NCBI GenBank assembly: GCA_964252075.1 | Contig: CAXULY010000016.1 | Span: 47,689-111,688, forward strand | Length of the DNA stretch: 64,000 nucleotides | Direction of reading: 5' to 3' | Source: an uncultured Deinococcaceae bacterium | GTDB lineage: Bacteria; Deinococcota; Deinococci; Deinococcales; Deinococcaceae | In this document: positions 22,184-33,037 of the stretch, piece by piece | How positions within the stretch are numbered: the first letter of the stretch is position 1 | How the letters are laid out: each line of letters opens with the position of its first letter | Made by a program: the position numbers and the translations under genes | The notes under the pieces: generated by a model | Told to the model about the DNA's origin: nothing | What the model saw: only the letters and a program-made list of their open reading frames with translations | Database searches by the model: none

Positions 22184-22566
22184 TGAACCGCAAGGAGCGC
22201 ATAGAAGAACTGCTGACCTCACCTGATCTGCTGAGTTGGCTTCAGGGCTGGTATTTCGCCCATTGCAACGGCGATTGGGAACATAATTACGGGCCTAGTA
22301 TCACTCCCTGCATTACGACGATAGATAATTCTGGTTGGACGGTGAGTATCGCTCTGACAGGAACGAGACTGGAAACAGTGCCTTTTGAGTTGCTGTTTAT
22401 AGAACGAGAAGAACACGATTGGGTTCACTGTAAGGTCGAACAGGGTTATTTCGTTGGATATGGTGGGCCTGGAAATCTGATAGAAGTCATCAATCAATTC
22501 CGTGAATGGGCAAATCCGTATATCGTTATTGCCGATTTCCTCGAAATTGATTTGGCAGGGAGCTGA
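22183..22566 (+). CDS. Imm53-like immunity protein (orphan, AT-rich)
   Basis: [18 protein letters not shown]...TIDNSGW...DWVHC...GGPGNL pattern of the Immunity protein 53 family; visibly lower GC than flanks. Confidence 0.8.
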   Translation: MNRKERIEELLTSPDLLSWLQGWYFAHCNGDWEHNYGPSITPCITTIDNSGWTVSIALTGTRLETVPFELLFIEREEHDWVHCKVEQGYFVGYGGPGNLIEVINQFREWANPYIVIADFLEIDLAGS

Positions 22567-22567
22567 A

Positions 22568-23179
22568 ATGAATAATCCCCCCCGCGTGCTCGTCATCGAC
22601 AACTACGATTCGTTCACGTACAACCTCGTGCAGTACCTAGGTGAGCTCGGCGCGGACCTCACGGTGTGGCGCAACGACGCCTTCACCCTCGATGAACTCG
22701 CGGCGCTCGACCCGGACGCCATCGTGGTATCGCCCGGCCCGTGCACGCCGCTGGACGCCGGGCACAGCGTTGCGGTGATCGAGCGTTTCGCGGACCGCTA
22801 CCCCATGCTGGGCGTGTGCCTGGGGCACCAGAGCATGGGGCAGGCCTTCGGGGCGCGGGTGGTGCGCGCGCAGACGCCCATGCACGGCAAGACCAGCGCC
22901 GTCACGCACGACGGCGAGGGCCTCTTCGCGGGCCTCCCGTCGCCGCTGACCGTCACGCGCTACCACTCCCTGATCGTCGAGGACCTGCCGGACACCCTGG
23001 TGCCGACCGCCTGGGCGGAGGAGCCGGACGGCGGGCGCACCCTCATGGCGCTGCGGCACCGCGAGTACCCCGTGTACGGCGTGCAGTTCCACCCGGAGAG
23101 CATCGCGAGTGAGGGCGGCAAGGCCATGTTGCGGTCCTTCCTGACGCTGGCGCAGAATCATCGGGCAAGCCATGCTTGA
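22568..23179 (+). CDS. trpG: anthranilate synthase component II (glutamine amidotransferase)
   Basis: [34 protein letters not shown]. Confidence 0.95.
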   Translation: MNNPPRVLVIDNYDSFTYNLVQYLGELGADLTVWRNDAFTLDELAALDPDAIVVSPGPCTPLDAGHSVAVIERFADRYPMLGVCLGHQSMGQAFGARVVRAQTPMHGKTSAVTHDGEGLFAGLPSPLTVTRYHSLIVEDLPDTLVPTAWAEEPDGGRTLMALRHREYPVYGVQFHPESIASEGGKAMLRSFLTLAQNHRASHA

Positions 23180-23197
23180 GCTCGGGAGGCGGACGAT

Positions 23198-24202
23198 TTG
23201 ATTCACGGCAAGCTGATGAACGGCGAGACCCTCACCCTGCCGGAGGCGACGGCCTTCATGCAGGGCGTCATGAACGGCGACGTGAGCGGCGTGCAGCTCG
23301 CCGCGTCCCTCGCCGCGCTGCGCGTGCGCGGCGAGACGCCCGAGGAGATCGCGGGCTTCGCGCAGGTCATGCGGGAGCACGCGGTGAAGGTGCCCGTGCG
23401 CGCCTTTGACGTGCTGCTCGACACCTGCGGCACGGGCGGGGACGGCTCGCACACCTTCAACATCTCCACGACCGCCGCCTTCGTGGTCGCGGCGGGCGGC
23501 GTGCCCGTCGCGAAGCACGGGAACCGCGCGGCGAGCAGCCGCGCGGGCAGCGCGGACGTGCTGGAGGCGCTCGGCGTGAACATCGAGGCGAGCCCCGAGC
23601 GGGTCGCGGCGGCCGTCTCCGAGATCGGGCTGGGCTTCATGTTCGCGCGCAACCACCATCCGGCCCTGCGGTACGCGGCGCCCGTGCGCGGCGAGCTGGG
23701 CGTGCGGACGGTCTTCAACCTGCTGGGGCCACTCAGCAACCCGGCGGGCGCCACGCACCAGGTGCTGGGCGTGTTCAGCCCCGCGTACACGCGCACGCTC
23801 GCGGAGGTGCTGGGCCTGCTCGGCACGCGCGCCGCGATGGTGGTGAGTGGCCGCGGCCTGGACGAGCTGACCGTGTGCGGCGAAACCACCGTGAGCGAGC
23901 TGCGGGATGGCGCCGTGCGGGATTACACCCTCACGCCCGAGGAGGTCGGGGTGGGGGTGTACCCGCTGGAGGCGCTGGTGGGCGGGGACGCCGCGCAGAA
24001 CGCTGACATCACGCGCGCCCTGCTGCGCGGCCGGGGCACGCGCGCGCAGCAGGACGTGGTGGCCCTGAACGCCGGGGCGGGCCTGTACGTCGCGAGCCGC
24101 ACGGACGACCTCGCCTCTGGCGTGCGGCTCGCCCGCGACCTGATGCGTTCCGGCGCCGCGTGGGACACCCTGGAACTCTACGCGGCCTTCACGCGCGGCT
24201 GA
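23198..24202 (+). CDS. trpD: anthranilate phosphoribosyltransferase
   Basis: DTCGTGGDG..TFNIST, KHGNRAASS, RTVFNLLGPLSNP, GLDE. Confidence 0.96.
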   Translation: MIHGKLMNGETLTLPEATAFMQGVMNGDVSGVQLAASLAALRVRGETPEEIAGFAQVMREHAVKVPVRAFDVLLDTCGTGGDGSHTFNISTTAAFVVAAGGVPVAKHGNRAASSRAGSADVLEALGVNIEASPERVAAAVSEIGLGFMFARNHHPALRYAAPVRGELGVRTVFNLLGPLSNPAGATHQVLGVFSPAYTRTLAEVLGLLGTRAAMVVSGRGLDELTVCGETTVSELRDGAVRDYTLTPEEVGVGVYPLEALVGGDAAQNADITRALLRGRGTRAQQDVVALNAGAGLYVASRTDDLASGVRLARDLMRSGAAWDTLELYAAFTRG

Positions 24203-24204
24203 CC

Positions 24205-25101
24205 TTATTCCACGCCCTCCAGCAGTTCGCGCGCTTTCGCCTCGTCGAGCGCGAGCTGCGCCTTGAGGGCGTCCAGGCCCGCGAACTTCTGCTCGCCGCG
24301 CAGGCGGTGGAAGAACTTCACCTGCAGCTCCTGACCGTACAGGTCGCCCTTGAAGTCGAAGAGGTGCACCTCGAAGCGCAACTCGCTGCCCTCCACGGTG
24401 GGGCGCACGCCGATGTTCGCCATGCCGTGCCAGCGCCCGGCGTCCCCGATCGCGACCACCGCGAACACCCCCTGCGGGAGGGCCTTGCCGCCCGGCACCC
24501 GGATGTTCGCGGTGGGGTACCCGATGGTGCGGCCCATGCGGTCCCCGTGCACGATCACGCCCACCGCGTCGTAGTGGCGGCCCAGCAGGCGCGCGGCGGC
24601 CTCCACGTCGCCCTCCTTGAGGTACGCGCGGATGCGGCTGCTCTTGATGTCCTCGCCGCCCAGCTGGTGCATGGGCAGCGTGATGAGGTCGCGCGTCACG
24701 CCGCGCAGGTCCTCCACGCCGCCCGCGCGGCCCTTCCCGAAATGGAAGTCCTCGCCCACCACGATGGCGCGCGGGCGCATGAGGCGCAGGTCGTCCAGGA
24801 AGGCGGACACCGGGCGCGCCGCGAACTCTGCGTTGAACGGCACCGCGATCACCTCGTCAATGTCGTAGCGGGCCATCAGCGCGAGCTTCTCGGGCAGGGT
24901 CGAGAGGAACTCCACGCCCTGCAGGAACACCCGCGTGGGTGGGTCGAAGGTGTACACCACGCTCGGCACCCGGTAGTGCCGGGAGCGCTCCTTCAGGCGC
25001 GCGAGGAGCGCCTGATGCCCCAGGTGCACGCCGTCGAAGGACCCGATGGCGATGACCGTCTCGGTGTCCGGGCGCTGCGTGGGGGAGACGTAGAGCTTCA
25101 C
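24205..25101 (-). CDS. ribF: bifunctional riboflavin kinase/FAD synthetase
   Basis: IGSFDGVHLGH, GEDFHFG, SSRIR, GRTIGYPTAN, EVHLFDF..DLYG; GTG start. Confidence 0.95.
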   Translation of the reverse strand: MKLYVSPTQRPDTETVIAIGSFDGVHLGHQALLARLKERSRHYRVPSVVYTFDPPTRVFLQGVEFLSTLPEKLALMARYDIDEVIAVPFNAEFAARPVSAFLDDLRLMRPRAIVVGEDFHFGKGRAGGVEDLRGVTRDLITLPMHQLGGEDIKSSRIRAYLKEGDVEAAARLLGRHYDAVGVIVHGDRMGRTIGYPTANIRVPGGKALPQGVFAVVAIGDAGRWHGMANIGVRPTVEGSELRFEVHLFDFKGDLYGQELQVKFFHRLRGEQKFAGLDALKAQLALDEAKARELLEGVE

Positions 25102-25595
25102 TCGGGGCGCCCCAGCTCCAGCAGGGCGCTCAGTCCGGCCGTGACGGTGCTGGCGGCGCCCACCCACTCGCCCGCGCGCAGCTTGTCCAGCACCTCGGCG
25201 GGCGGCAGCCACACCACCTCGATGTCCTCGTCCTCGTCCATCGGGAGGCGCGACTCACGCAGGTTCGTGGCCTTGAACAGGTACAGCTGCTCGTCGCAGT
25301 ACCCGGGGCTGGAGTAGAAGCGCGAGAGCAGCTGCATGTCCGCGTCGAAGCCCGCCTCCTCCTGCAACTCGCGCCGGGCGGCGTCCTCGGGCGCCTCGCC
25401 GTCGTCAATCAGCCCGGCGGGCACCTCCACGGTGGTCGTGCCCACCACGCGGCGCTCCTGGCGCACGCACAGCATGCGGCCCGCGCCGTCCAGCGCGAGG
25501 ATGCACACGGCGTCCTTGTGCCGCACCATCTCCCACTTGCCGTCCTGCACTTCCAGCCGCACGATGTGGCCGTCGTAAATGACTTCGGTGGACAT
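25098..25595 (-). CDS. NUDIX hydrolase (ADP-ribose pyrophosphatase-like)
   Basis: AGLIDDGEAPEDAARRELQEEAG Nudix box, SPG. Confidence 0.9.
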   Translation of the reverse strand: MSTEVIYDGHIVRLEVQDGKWEMVRHKDAVCILALDGAGRMLCVRQERRVVGTTTVEVPAGLIDDGEAPEDAARRELQEEAGFDADMQLLSRFYSSPGYCDEQLYLFKATNLRESRLPMDEDEDIEVVWLPPAEVLDKLRAGEWVGAASTVTAGLSALLELGRPE

Positions 25596-25777
25596 GTCTG
25601 GGAGTGTATCAGCCGCACCCGCCGTCAGCCGGTCAGCTGGGTGAGCCGGAGGTGCACCAGGCCCGCCTCCGCGGGTTCAGCGTCCACATCGCCGCGTGCG
25701 CTTCGGGAACGGCAGGAGGGCGGCGTGATGCACCCGCCCTCCTGCGCCCGCTCAGGGCCGCGCGCGTTCCTGGGTTC

Positions 25778-26299
25778 TCAGTGCGTCGGCAGGTAATTCA
25801 GGAGGTCCAGGAACGGCGGCTTCACGTCCGCCTGCCGCACGAGCAGGGCCACCTGCGCGGTGTGGCGCACCTCGTGCACCATCACGTGCCACAGCAGGCC
25901 GGACACCGTGAAGTGCTCCTCACGCCCATCGCGGCGCGGCACCGTGACCAGCCGGGCCTCCTCCTCGGGCCCGAGCTGCGCGAGGTACGCCAGGGTGCTC
26001 GCCTCCACCGCCCGCCAGTAATCGAGCAGGTCCGCGAGCGGCGTCTCCGCGAAGTACGGGCCGTCCTTGGCGCCCTGAATGCCGAGCGCGGTCTCCCACA
26101 CGGGCGTGTCGCGCAGGATGTCCTCGTGCAGCCAGGAGTCCTCCACCGCCGGGACGTGCAGCACGAGGTCCTTGATGCAGTGAAAGCGTTCGCCCTTCAG
26201 GACGGGCCGCGCGAGCACCTCGTCCGACAGGCCCTCAAGGGCCGCCCACAGGTCGCGCCGGGCGCGCACGAGGTAATCATAGAAGTCGGTGGTGTTCAT
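25778..26299 (-). CDS. DinB family protein
   Basis: IKDLVLH..VEDSW, HVMVHEVRHTAQ. Confidence 0.88.
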   Translation of the reverse strand: MNTTDFYDYLVRARRDLWAALEGLSDEVLARPVLKGERFHCIKDLVLHVPAVEDSWLHEDILRDTPVWETALGIQGAKDGPYFAETPLADLLDYWRAVEASTLAYLAQLGPEEEARLVTVPRRDGREEHFTVSGLLWHVMVHEVRHTAQVALLVRQADVKPPFLDLLNYLPTH

Positions 26300-26466
26300 G
26301 CAGACGTGCTCCAGTCCCGGGCCGCAGGATGAAACGGCCGGGTGTCAGGCCCGCGGGCGCTCCGAACACGGACGCCAGCGGCAATGGGTTGGGTGGGTGA
26401 GGACCGGACGCCGGTTGGTGGTGCGCCGAGCGTAGCACGCGCCGCCCACCACCGCTGTACAGTGGG

Positions 26467-26982
26467 GTGGCGCCCACCCCTTCACCCTCACCCGCGCCCA
26501 CCGCCCAGAGGCAGACCGATCCGGAACGGAAGGTGATGGTGATGGCAGTGGTTTGGCTGGTGTGTGCGGTCCTCTCGGGCCTCAACGCGGGCTTCCTGGT
26601 GTCGGGCGTGCTGGAGGGCCGCTTCATGCGGGACGTGGGGGTGGCGGGGTACCTGCAGATGCACCAGCCGCGCGACCGCCTGTTCCGCAGGCTGATGCCG
26701 CCCCTGCTGATGCTGCTCATGCTGGCCCTGCTGGTCCTCGCCGCACTGAACTGGGGGCGCGCGGAGGCCACCCTGGCGCTGCTGGCCTTCGTGCTGGTGC
26801 TGGCCGACGTGATCCTGACGGTGCGCGTCATGGTGCCGCTCAACCTGCGCCTGCAGTCCTTCGACGCCAGCGCGCCACCAGCGGAGGCGCAGACCGTCCG
26901 GGAGCGCTGGTACGCCATGAACCCCATCCGAACCGTGCTGGGCGTGCTGGCTTTCGTGGTCGTGCTGCTGGAGCGCGCCTGA
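26467..26982 (+). CDS. DUF1772/anthrone oxygenase-like membrane protein
   Basis: Four TMs, VPLNLRL, RERWYAMNPIRT; start uncertain. Confidence 0.7.
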   Translation: MAPTPSPSPAPTAQRQTDPERKVMVMAVVWLVCAVLSGLNAGFLVSGVLEGRFMRDVGVAGYLQMHQPRDRLFRRLMPPLLMLLMLALLVLAALNWGRAEATLALLAFVLVLADVILTVRVMVPLNLRLQSFDASAPPAEAQTVRERWYAMNPIRTVLGVLAFVVVLLERA

Positions 26983-27001
26983 CGGTGTTGAGCCGTTTCG
27001 C

Positions 27002-27553
27002 ATGACCGCGCCCATCCTGATCCTCTCCGGCGTGCCGGGTGCGGGCAAATCCAGCGTGGCCCGCGCGTGGCTGCAGACGTTCCCGCGTGGCCTGCACCTG
27101 CCCGTGGACGACCTGCGTGAACTGGTGGTGTCGGGCACCGCGCACCCGTCCCTGCAGCCGAACCCGGAGGTGACGCGGCAGTTCTCGCTGGCGCGACAGG
27201 TGGCCTTCGGCGCCGCGCACCTGTACGCCCGTGAAGGCTTCGCGGTGGCACTCGACGACGTGCTGTGGCCCCACGACCCGGACACCTTTCTGGGCGTGGC
27301 CGCTCAGCTGCCCGTCACGCGGGTGCTGCTGCGCCCCAGCCTGGAGGCGGCCCTGAGGCGCAACCGGGAGCGCACCCACAAGCCCTTCGACACGGCCACG
27401 CTGGCCCCCATCATCGAGGGACTGCACGCGGGCATGAGCCCAGCGGCATTCAAGGCGGCCGGCTGGCGGGTGCTGGACAGCAGCGACCTCACGCTGGAGG
27501 AGACTGTGGCGCGGCTGCGTGCCTGGACGGATGAGGCGGCGGGCTTCAAATAG
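27002..27553 (+). CDS. P-loop kinase (AAA_33/phosphotransferase-like)
   Basis: SGVPGAGKSS Walker A, PVDDLR, ALRRNRER. Confidence 0.8.
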   Translation: MTAPILILSGVPGAGKSSVARAWLQTFPRGLHLPVDDLRELVVSGTAHPSLQPNPEVTRQFSLARQVAFGAAHLYAREGFAVALDDVLWPHDPDTFLGVAAQLPVTRVLLRPSLEAALRRNRERTHKPFDTATLAPIIEGLHAGMSPAAFKAAGWRVLDSSDLTLEETVARLRAWTDEAAGFK

Positions 27554-27576
27554 CCCGCCCCCTCACATCCTGAGCG

Positions 27577-28647
<1,071 letters not shown>

Positions 28648-28759
28648 CAGTGTGCTCCTTTAAAGTGGGCGGTCCAGCCCACGGGGGGCGCCGCCTGGTC
28701 CTGAGTAGTGTAACGCAGGATAGCGTGACGGGCGCACATGCTGGAACTCATGAATACAT

Positions 28760-28799
28760 GCGGGCGGGGCTGGAGTCCAATTCCTCCAGCCCCGCCCGC
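28760..28799 (-). terminator. 16-bp-stem hairpin just after ftsA
   Basis: GCGGGCGGGGCTGGAG-8 nt-CTCCAGCCCCGCCCGC. Confidence 0.65.
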
Positions 28800-28807
28800 G
28801 AAGCGCT

Positions 28808-30157
28808 TTACAGCCAGTCCTTGAAGAACTCGCGGATGCGCTCCATGACGCCCTTGCCGGCCTCACCGGGTTCCGGCGCGGGGCGCGGCTCCTTCGGGGG
28901 CCGCTTGGTCTTCTCCGGTTTCTCCACCACGGTGACGGTGGGGGGCGTGAAGTCGTCCATGATGACGGGCGCGGGCTCCGGCGTGACCACCGGGCGCAGC
29001 AGCGCGCTCCCGCCCCCCTGCTGCGCCGCGAACAGCGCGAGGCCCACCGAGGTCGCGTGCGTGGGATTCCCCGCGATGTCCGTGAGGCCCGACACGCCGC
29101 GCGGGCGCGCGAGGCGCACAGGCAGGCGAAAGCGCTCACGCGCGAGTTCCGCCATGCCGCGCAGCTGCGAGCCACCGCCCGTCAGGACCACGCCGCCCGC
29201 CACGAGCTCCACCGGTCCGAGCGCGCGGTCAATCTCGTCGCGGATGAGGCCGTAGATCTCCGCGACGCGCGGCTTGATCACGCGGGACAGCTCAAAGGCG
29301 CTGATGGCGTGCGTCTGCCCGCCGCCCGAGGTGATCTCCAGCGTGAGGTCGCCGTCCGCGAGCTCCGGGAGGGCCGCGCCGTACTTGCGCTTCACGCGCT
29401 CCGCCTCATCCAGCGGGATCTTCAGGATCTGCGCGAGGTCCGCCGTCACGTGGTCCCCGCCGATCGGCACGTGCGCGCTGAACGCGAGGTTCCCGCGCTT
29501 GAACACGCCCACGTCCGTGCCGCTGCCGCCCACGTCAATCACGACGGCGGTCGAGTCGAGGTCCGCGTTGTCGAGCGTCGCGAGGCCCGACGCCAGCGAA
29601 TTCAGCACGAAGCCGCGCAGCGTGAGGCCCGCCTCCTGCACGCAGCGGCGCAGGTTCGCGAGGGGGCCCGCCGCGCCCGCCACGATGTGCACGTCCACCT
29701 CCAGGCGTACACCGTGCATGCCGACCGGGCTCTTGATGCCCTCCTGGCCGTCAATGGTGTACTCCTGCGGCAGCGCGTGAATGACCTCCACGTTCGGGTC
29801 GAGCGGCACCGCGCGCGCGTTCTCGATGGCGCGCTCCACGTCCGCCGCCTGAATCTCCTGGTTGCGGCGGATGGCGGCGAGGCCGTGACTCGTCATGGCC
29901 TTCACGTGGTTGCCCGCCACGCTCACGTACACGTCGGTGACTTTCACGCCCGCCACCCGCTCGGCGCTCTGCACCGACTGGCGGATGGCGTGGGTGGTGC
30001 GCTCCAGGTTGACGACCGCACCGCGCTTGATGCCCTCGCTGGGGACGGTGCCTTCGCCGATGATGTCCACGGTGCCCGAAGGCCCGATTTCTGCAATCAC
30101 GGTGGTGATCTTGGTGGAGCCAATGTCCAGCCCCACGGTGATCAGGTTGTCTTTCAT
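28808..30157 (-). CDS. ftsA: cell division protein FtsA
   Basis: GLDIGSTKI, IDVGGSGTD, GGDHVT, VLTGGGSQL. Confidence 0.97.
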   Translation of the reverse strand: MKDNLITVGLDIGSTKITTVIAEIGPSGTVDIIGEGTVPSEGIKRGAVVNLERTTHAIRQSVQSAERVAGVKVTDVYVSVAGNHVKAMTSHGLAAIRRNQEIQAADVERAIENARAVPLDPNVEVIHALPQEYTIDGQEGIKSPVGMHGVRLEVDVHIVAGAAGPLANLRRCVQEAGLTLRGFVLNSLASGLATLDNADLDSTAVVIDVGGSGTDVGVFKRGNLAFSAHVPIGGDHVTADLAQILKIPLDEAERVKRKYGAALPELADGDLTLEITSGGGQTHAISAFELSRVIKPRVAEIYGLIRDEIDRALGPVELVAGGVVLTGGGSQLRGMAELARERFRLPVRLARPRGVSGLTDIAGNPTHATSVGLALFAAQQGGGSALLRPVVTPEPAPVIMDDFTPPTVTVVEKPEKTKRPPKEPRPAPEPGEAGKGVMERIREFFKDWL

Positions 30158-30801
30158 TCCTGGACGCTCACCCCCCAAGGGTAAATGTTCACACGTTTGC
30201 CGGGGTACATTCTGACACCCACCCCATACTTCCGCAAGGAAGCGTAAGAACCGCTCCACGCCGTTCCCTGCGCGGTTTTCACGGTCATGCCCTGCGGTGT
30301 GTAAGTCACTGACTGCACATTGTAGCGCGCCATGAGACGCGCGGCCCGTATGGCGTCATTCAGGCGGTTGGGTCCCCAGCCCACGATCTGCGGCCCGCGC
30401 AGCGGCCCGTGGGGCAGCACCGTGCCGTCCCAGTCCATCGCGACGAAGTGATCCCCCTGCAGGAGCTGTGCGCTCGGCACGCGCTCCGTCACCAGGACCT
30501 CCACGGTGTCCGGGAAGTGCCGCGTGATGCGCGCGGCGCGCACCCACGGGCTCCGCGCGAGGTCGCGCGCGCGCCACGCGCCGTAGTACAGCCACCCGAA
30601 CTTCGGGCTGAGGCCCGAGAGCTGCTGCACCTGCGCCGCCGTCAGGAAGTGGTTGCCGCTCACGCGCACGGTCCGCACGGGCAGCAGGAACCACAAGCCC
30701 ACCAGCGCCCCGACCAGCAGCAGCAGCGCGAGGACCACCCACAGCCGGGTGCGGCGTGGCCTCAGGGGGACCGCCTCGCGCGCCCGCCGCGTCACGGCCA
30801 C
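30154..30801 (-). CDS. ftsQ: cell division protein FtsQ/DivIB
   Basis: N-terminal TM, POTRA-like VSGN..., PWVRAARITRHFPDTVEVLVTERVP; position in dcw cluster. Confidence 0.88.
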   Translation of the reverse strand: MAVTRRAREAVPLRPRRTRLWVVLALLLLVGALVGLWFLLPVRTVRVSGNHFLTAAQVQQLSGLSPKFGWLYYGAWRARDLARSPWVRAARITRHFPDTVEVLVTERVPSAQLLQGDHFVAMDWDGTVLPHGPLRGPQIVGWGPNRLNDAIRAARLMARYNVQSVTYTPQGMTVKTAQGTAWSGSYASLRKYGVGVRMYPGKRVNIYPWGVSVQE

Positions 30802-31664
30802 AGCTCGTACTCCAGTTCCAGCGGCACGCCCACCCGCGCCCGCGCGAGGTCCAGCAGCGCCAGCACGTCCGCGCTGCTCGCGCCGCCCAAGTTCACGATG
30901 AAGTTCGCGTGGTCCGGCGAGATCATGGCGTTCCCCACGCGCGCGCCCTTCAGGCCCGCCTCGTCAATCAGCTTGCCCGCACTCACCCCGCCGGGGTTCT
31001 TGAAGGCGCAGCCGGGCGTCTTCATCTTCGGCTGGCCCTTGCGCGCCTGGTCCGCGTGATCCATCCTCGCCAGCACGGCCTCCGGGGTGCTCGGCGCGAG
31101 CTTCAGGCGCACGCGCGTCACCACGTGGTTGCGCGGGATACCGCTGGTGCGGTACGCCCACGGCAGGTCGTCGGGCGTCACCACCCGCAGGCCCTCGGGC
31201 GTGGCGATCTCCAGGGTGTGCAGCGCGTCGAACATCTCGCCGTACCGGGTGCCCGCATTCATCCACACCGCGCCGCCCACCTGCGCGGGAATGCCGACCG
31301 TGCCCTCCAGGTTCGAGAGGCCCAGGCGCTGCACGCGCCGCACGAGGCCCGGCAGCGGCACGCCGCCCCCCACCCAGCCCGTCACGTGGGTGTCCGCGCT
31401 GCTGAGCTGCGCGTCGCGCGTGAGGTCCGCCCCCGCGAGCGCGCCGGACAGGCGCAGCACCCGCTCGGTCAGGCCTGCGTCCGCCACCACGAGGTTGCTG
31501 CCGCCCCCCAGAATGCGGTACGGCGCCTGCATGGCCTCCGCCACCTGCGCGTGGTTCTCCACGAACCACACCTCCGCCTCACCGCCCACGCCCAGCGTCG
31601 TGTAGCGCGCCAGCGGGAGGCGCTGCACGCGCGCGCCCGTGACGCTCTGCACGGTGGCCGTCAC
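30792..31664 (-). CDS. murB: UDP-N-acetylenolpyruvoylglucosamine reductase
   Basis: TTLGVGG, GGGSNL, GIPAQVGGAVWMNAG, GCAFKNP, HANFIVN. Confidence 0.95.
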   Translation of the reverse strand: MTATVQSVTGARVQRLPLARYTTLGVGGEAEVWFVENHAQVAEAMQAPYRILGGGSNLVVADAGLTERVLRLSGALAGADLTRDAQLSSADTHVTGWVGGGVPLPGLVRRVQRLGLSNLEGTVGIPAQVGGAVWMNAGTRYGEMFDALHTLEIATPEGLRVVTPDDLPWAYRTSGIPRNHVVTRVRLKLAPSTPEAVLARMDHADQARKGQPKMKTPGCAFKNPGGVSAGKLIDEAGLKGARVGNAMISPDHANFIVNLGGASSADVLALLDLARARVGVPLELEYELWP

Positions 31665-33037
31665 GGCCCCACCACGGCGCGCGCCACCTGCCACACGTCG
31701 CCCGCGCCCATCGTCACGATCAGGTCGCCCTGGCTGGCCGTCTCGCGCAGGTAACTCACGACCGCCGCGCGGTCCGGCCAGTACCGCACGTTCTCGAAGC
31801 CGTCCTCCTGCATGCGCGTCTCAATCAACTGCGCGTGAATGCCGGGGATGGGCGCCTCGCCCGCCGCCGCAATGTCCAGGATCAGCACCTCGTCCGCGCC
31901 CATCAGGCTGCGTGCGAGGCGCGGCCAGGTCTGCTGCGTGCGCAGGTAGCGGTGCGGCTGGAACACCACCCGCACCCGCCGGCCCGTCTGCCGCGCGCCC
32001 TGCACCGCCGCCGCGACCTTGGTGGGGTTGTGCGCGTAATCGTCCACGACCAGCGCGCCCGAGACCTCACCCACCCGCTGCCAGCGGCGGCCCGGCCCGC
32101 GAAACGCCGCGAGCGCCGCTGCCGCGCCCTCCAGGTTCCCGCCGTACAGGTGCGTCACGGCAAGCGCCGCGACCGCATTCAGCACGTTGTGCGTGCCGGG
32201 CATCCCCACGCGCGCCGCCAGCAGGCGCGCACCGCCTCGCCACAGCTCGAAGCTGCTGCCGTCCGCGTCCGGCACCACGTTCACCGCACGGTAATCGGCG
32301 CCCTCGGTGAGGCCGTAGGACAGCACCTGCGGGTGGCCCGCCACGAAGGCCTCCAGGCCCGGCCAGTCGCGGCAGTACAGCACCCGCTGGGCCTGCTGCA
32401 CGAAGCGCCGGAAGGCCGCGTGCTGCTCCTCCACGCTCGCCCAGTACGTCGCGCGGCGGTCATCGGGCGTGCCCACGTGATCGTCCTCAGCGTTCGTGAA
32501 CACCGCCGTCTGACAGTGCAGGAACTGAAAGCCCGGGTCGGACTCGTCAATCTCCGCGACGAAGGGCCCACTGCCCAGGCGCGCGTTGCTGTTCCACTCC
32601 GGCACCACGCCCCCCACGAAGGCCGCCGGGTCCAGGCCCGCGCCCGCCAGCGCCACCGCCGTCATGCTGGTGGTGGTGGTCTTGCCGTGCGTGCCCACCA
32701 CCCCCACGGACGGCGCGCCGCGCAGCAGCTCATCCAAGAGCGCCATGCGCGGCTGCACCGTCACGCCCGCCGCGCGCGCCGCCACGAGCTCCGGGTGGTC
32801 CTTCGGCACGGCCTCCGACGCGATCAGCACGTCCACGCCCGCCACGTGACTCGCGTCGTGCCCGAGCGCCACGTCTATGCCCTCCGCGCGCAGCTGCGTG
32901 GTCAGCTCGGAGTCGTGCTGGTCGCAGCCGGACACGTGGTGCCCGCGCGCGCGCAGCAGGCGCGCCAGCGCGCTGATCCCGATGCCGCCGACCCCCATGA
33001 GGTGGTAGTGCCGTGTGGTCATACGTTCGTCAGTCAT
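31661..33037 (-). CDS. murC: UDP-N-acetylmuramate--L-alanine ligase
   Basis: GVGGIGISALA, GTHGKTTTT, EIDESD, DDYAHNP, FQPHRY. Confidence 0.96.
   Translation of the reverse strand: MTDERMTTRHYHLMGVGGIGISALARLLRARGHHVSGCDQHDSELTTQLRAEGIDVALGHDASHVAGVDVLIASEAVPKDHPELVAARAAGVTVQPRMALLDELLRGAPSVGVVGTHGKTTTTSMTAVALAGAGLDPAAFVGGVVPEWNSNARLGSGPFVAEIDESDPGFQFLHCQTAVFTNAEDDHVGTPDDRRATYWASVEEQHAAFRRFVQQAQRVLYCRDWPGLEAFVAGHPQVLSYGLTEGADYRAVNVVPDADGSSFELWRGGARLLAARVGMPGTHNVLNAVAALAVTHLYGGNLEGAAAALAAFRGPGRRWQRVGEVSGALVVDDYAHNPTKVAAAVQGARQTGRRVRVVFQPHRYLRTQQTWPRLARSLMGADEVLILDIAAAGEAPIPGIHAQLIETRMQEDGFENVRYWPDRAAVVSYLRETASQGDLIVTMGAGDVWQVARAVVGP

Noticed and set aside
22219..22602. Minus-strand 127-aa ORF opposite imm53
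   Set aside because: The plus-strand ORF has a recognisable family signature and tight coupling to neighbouring genes
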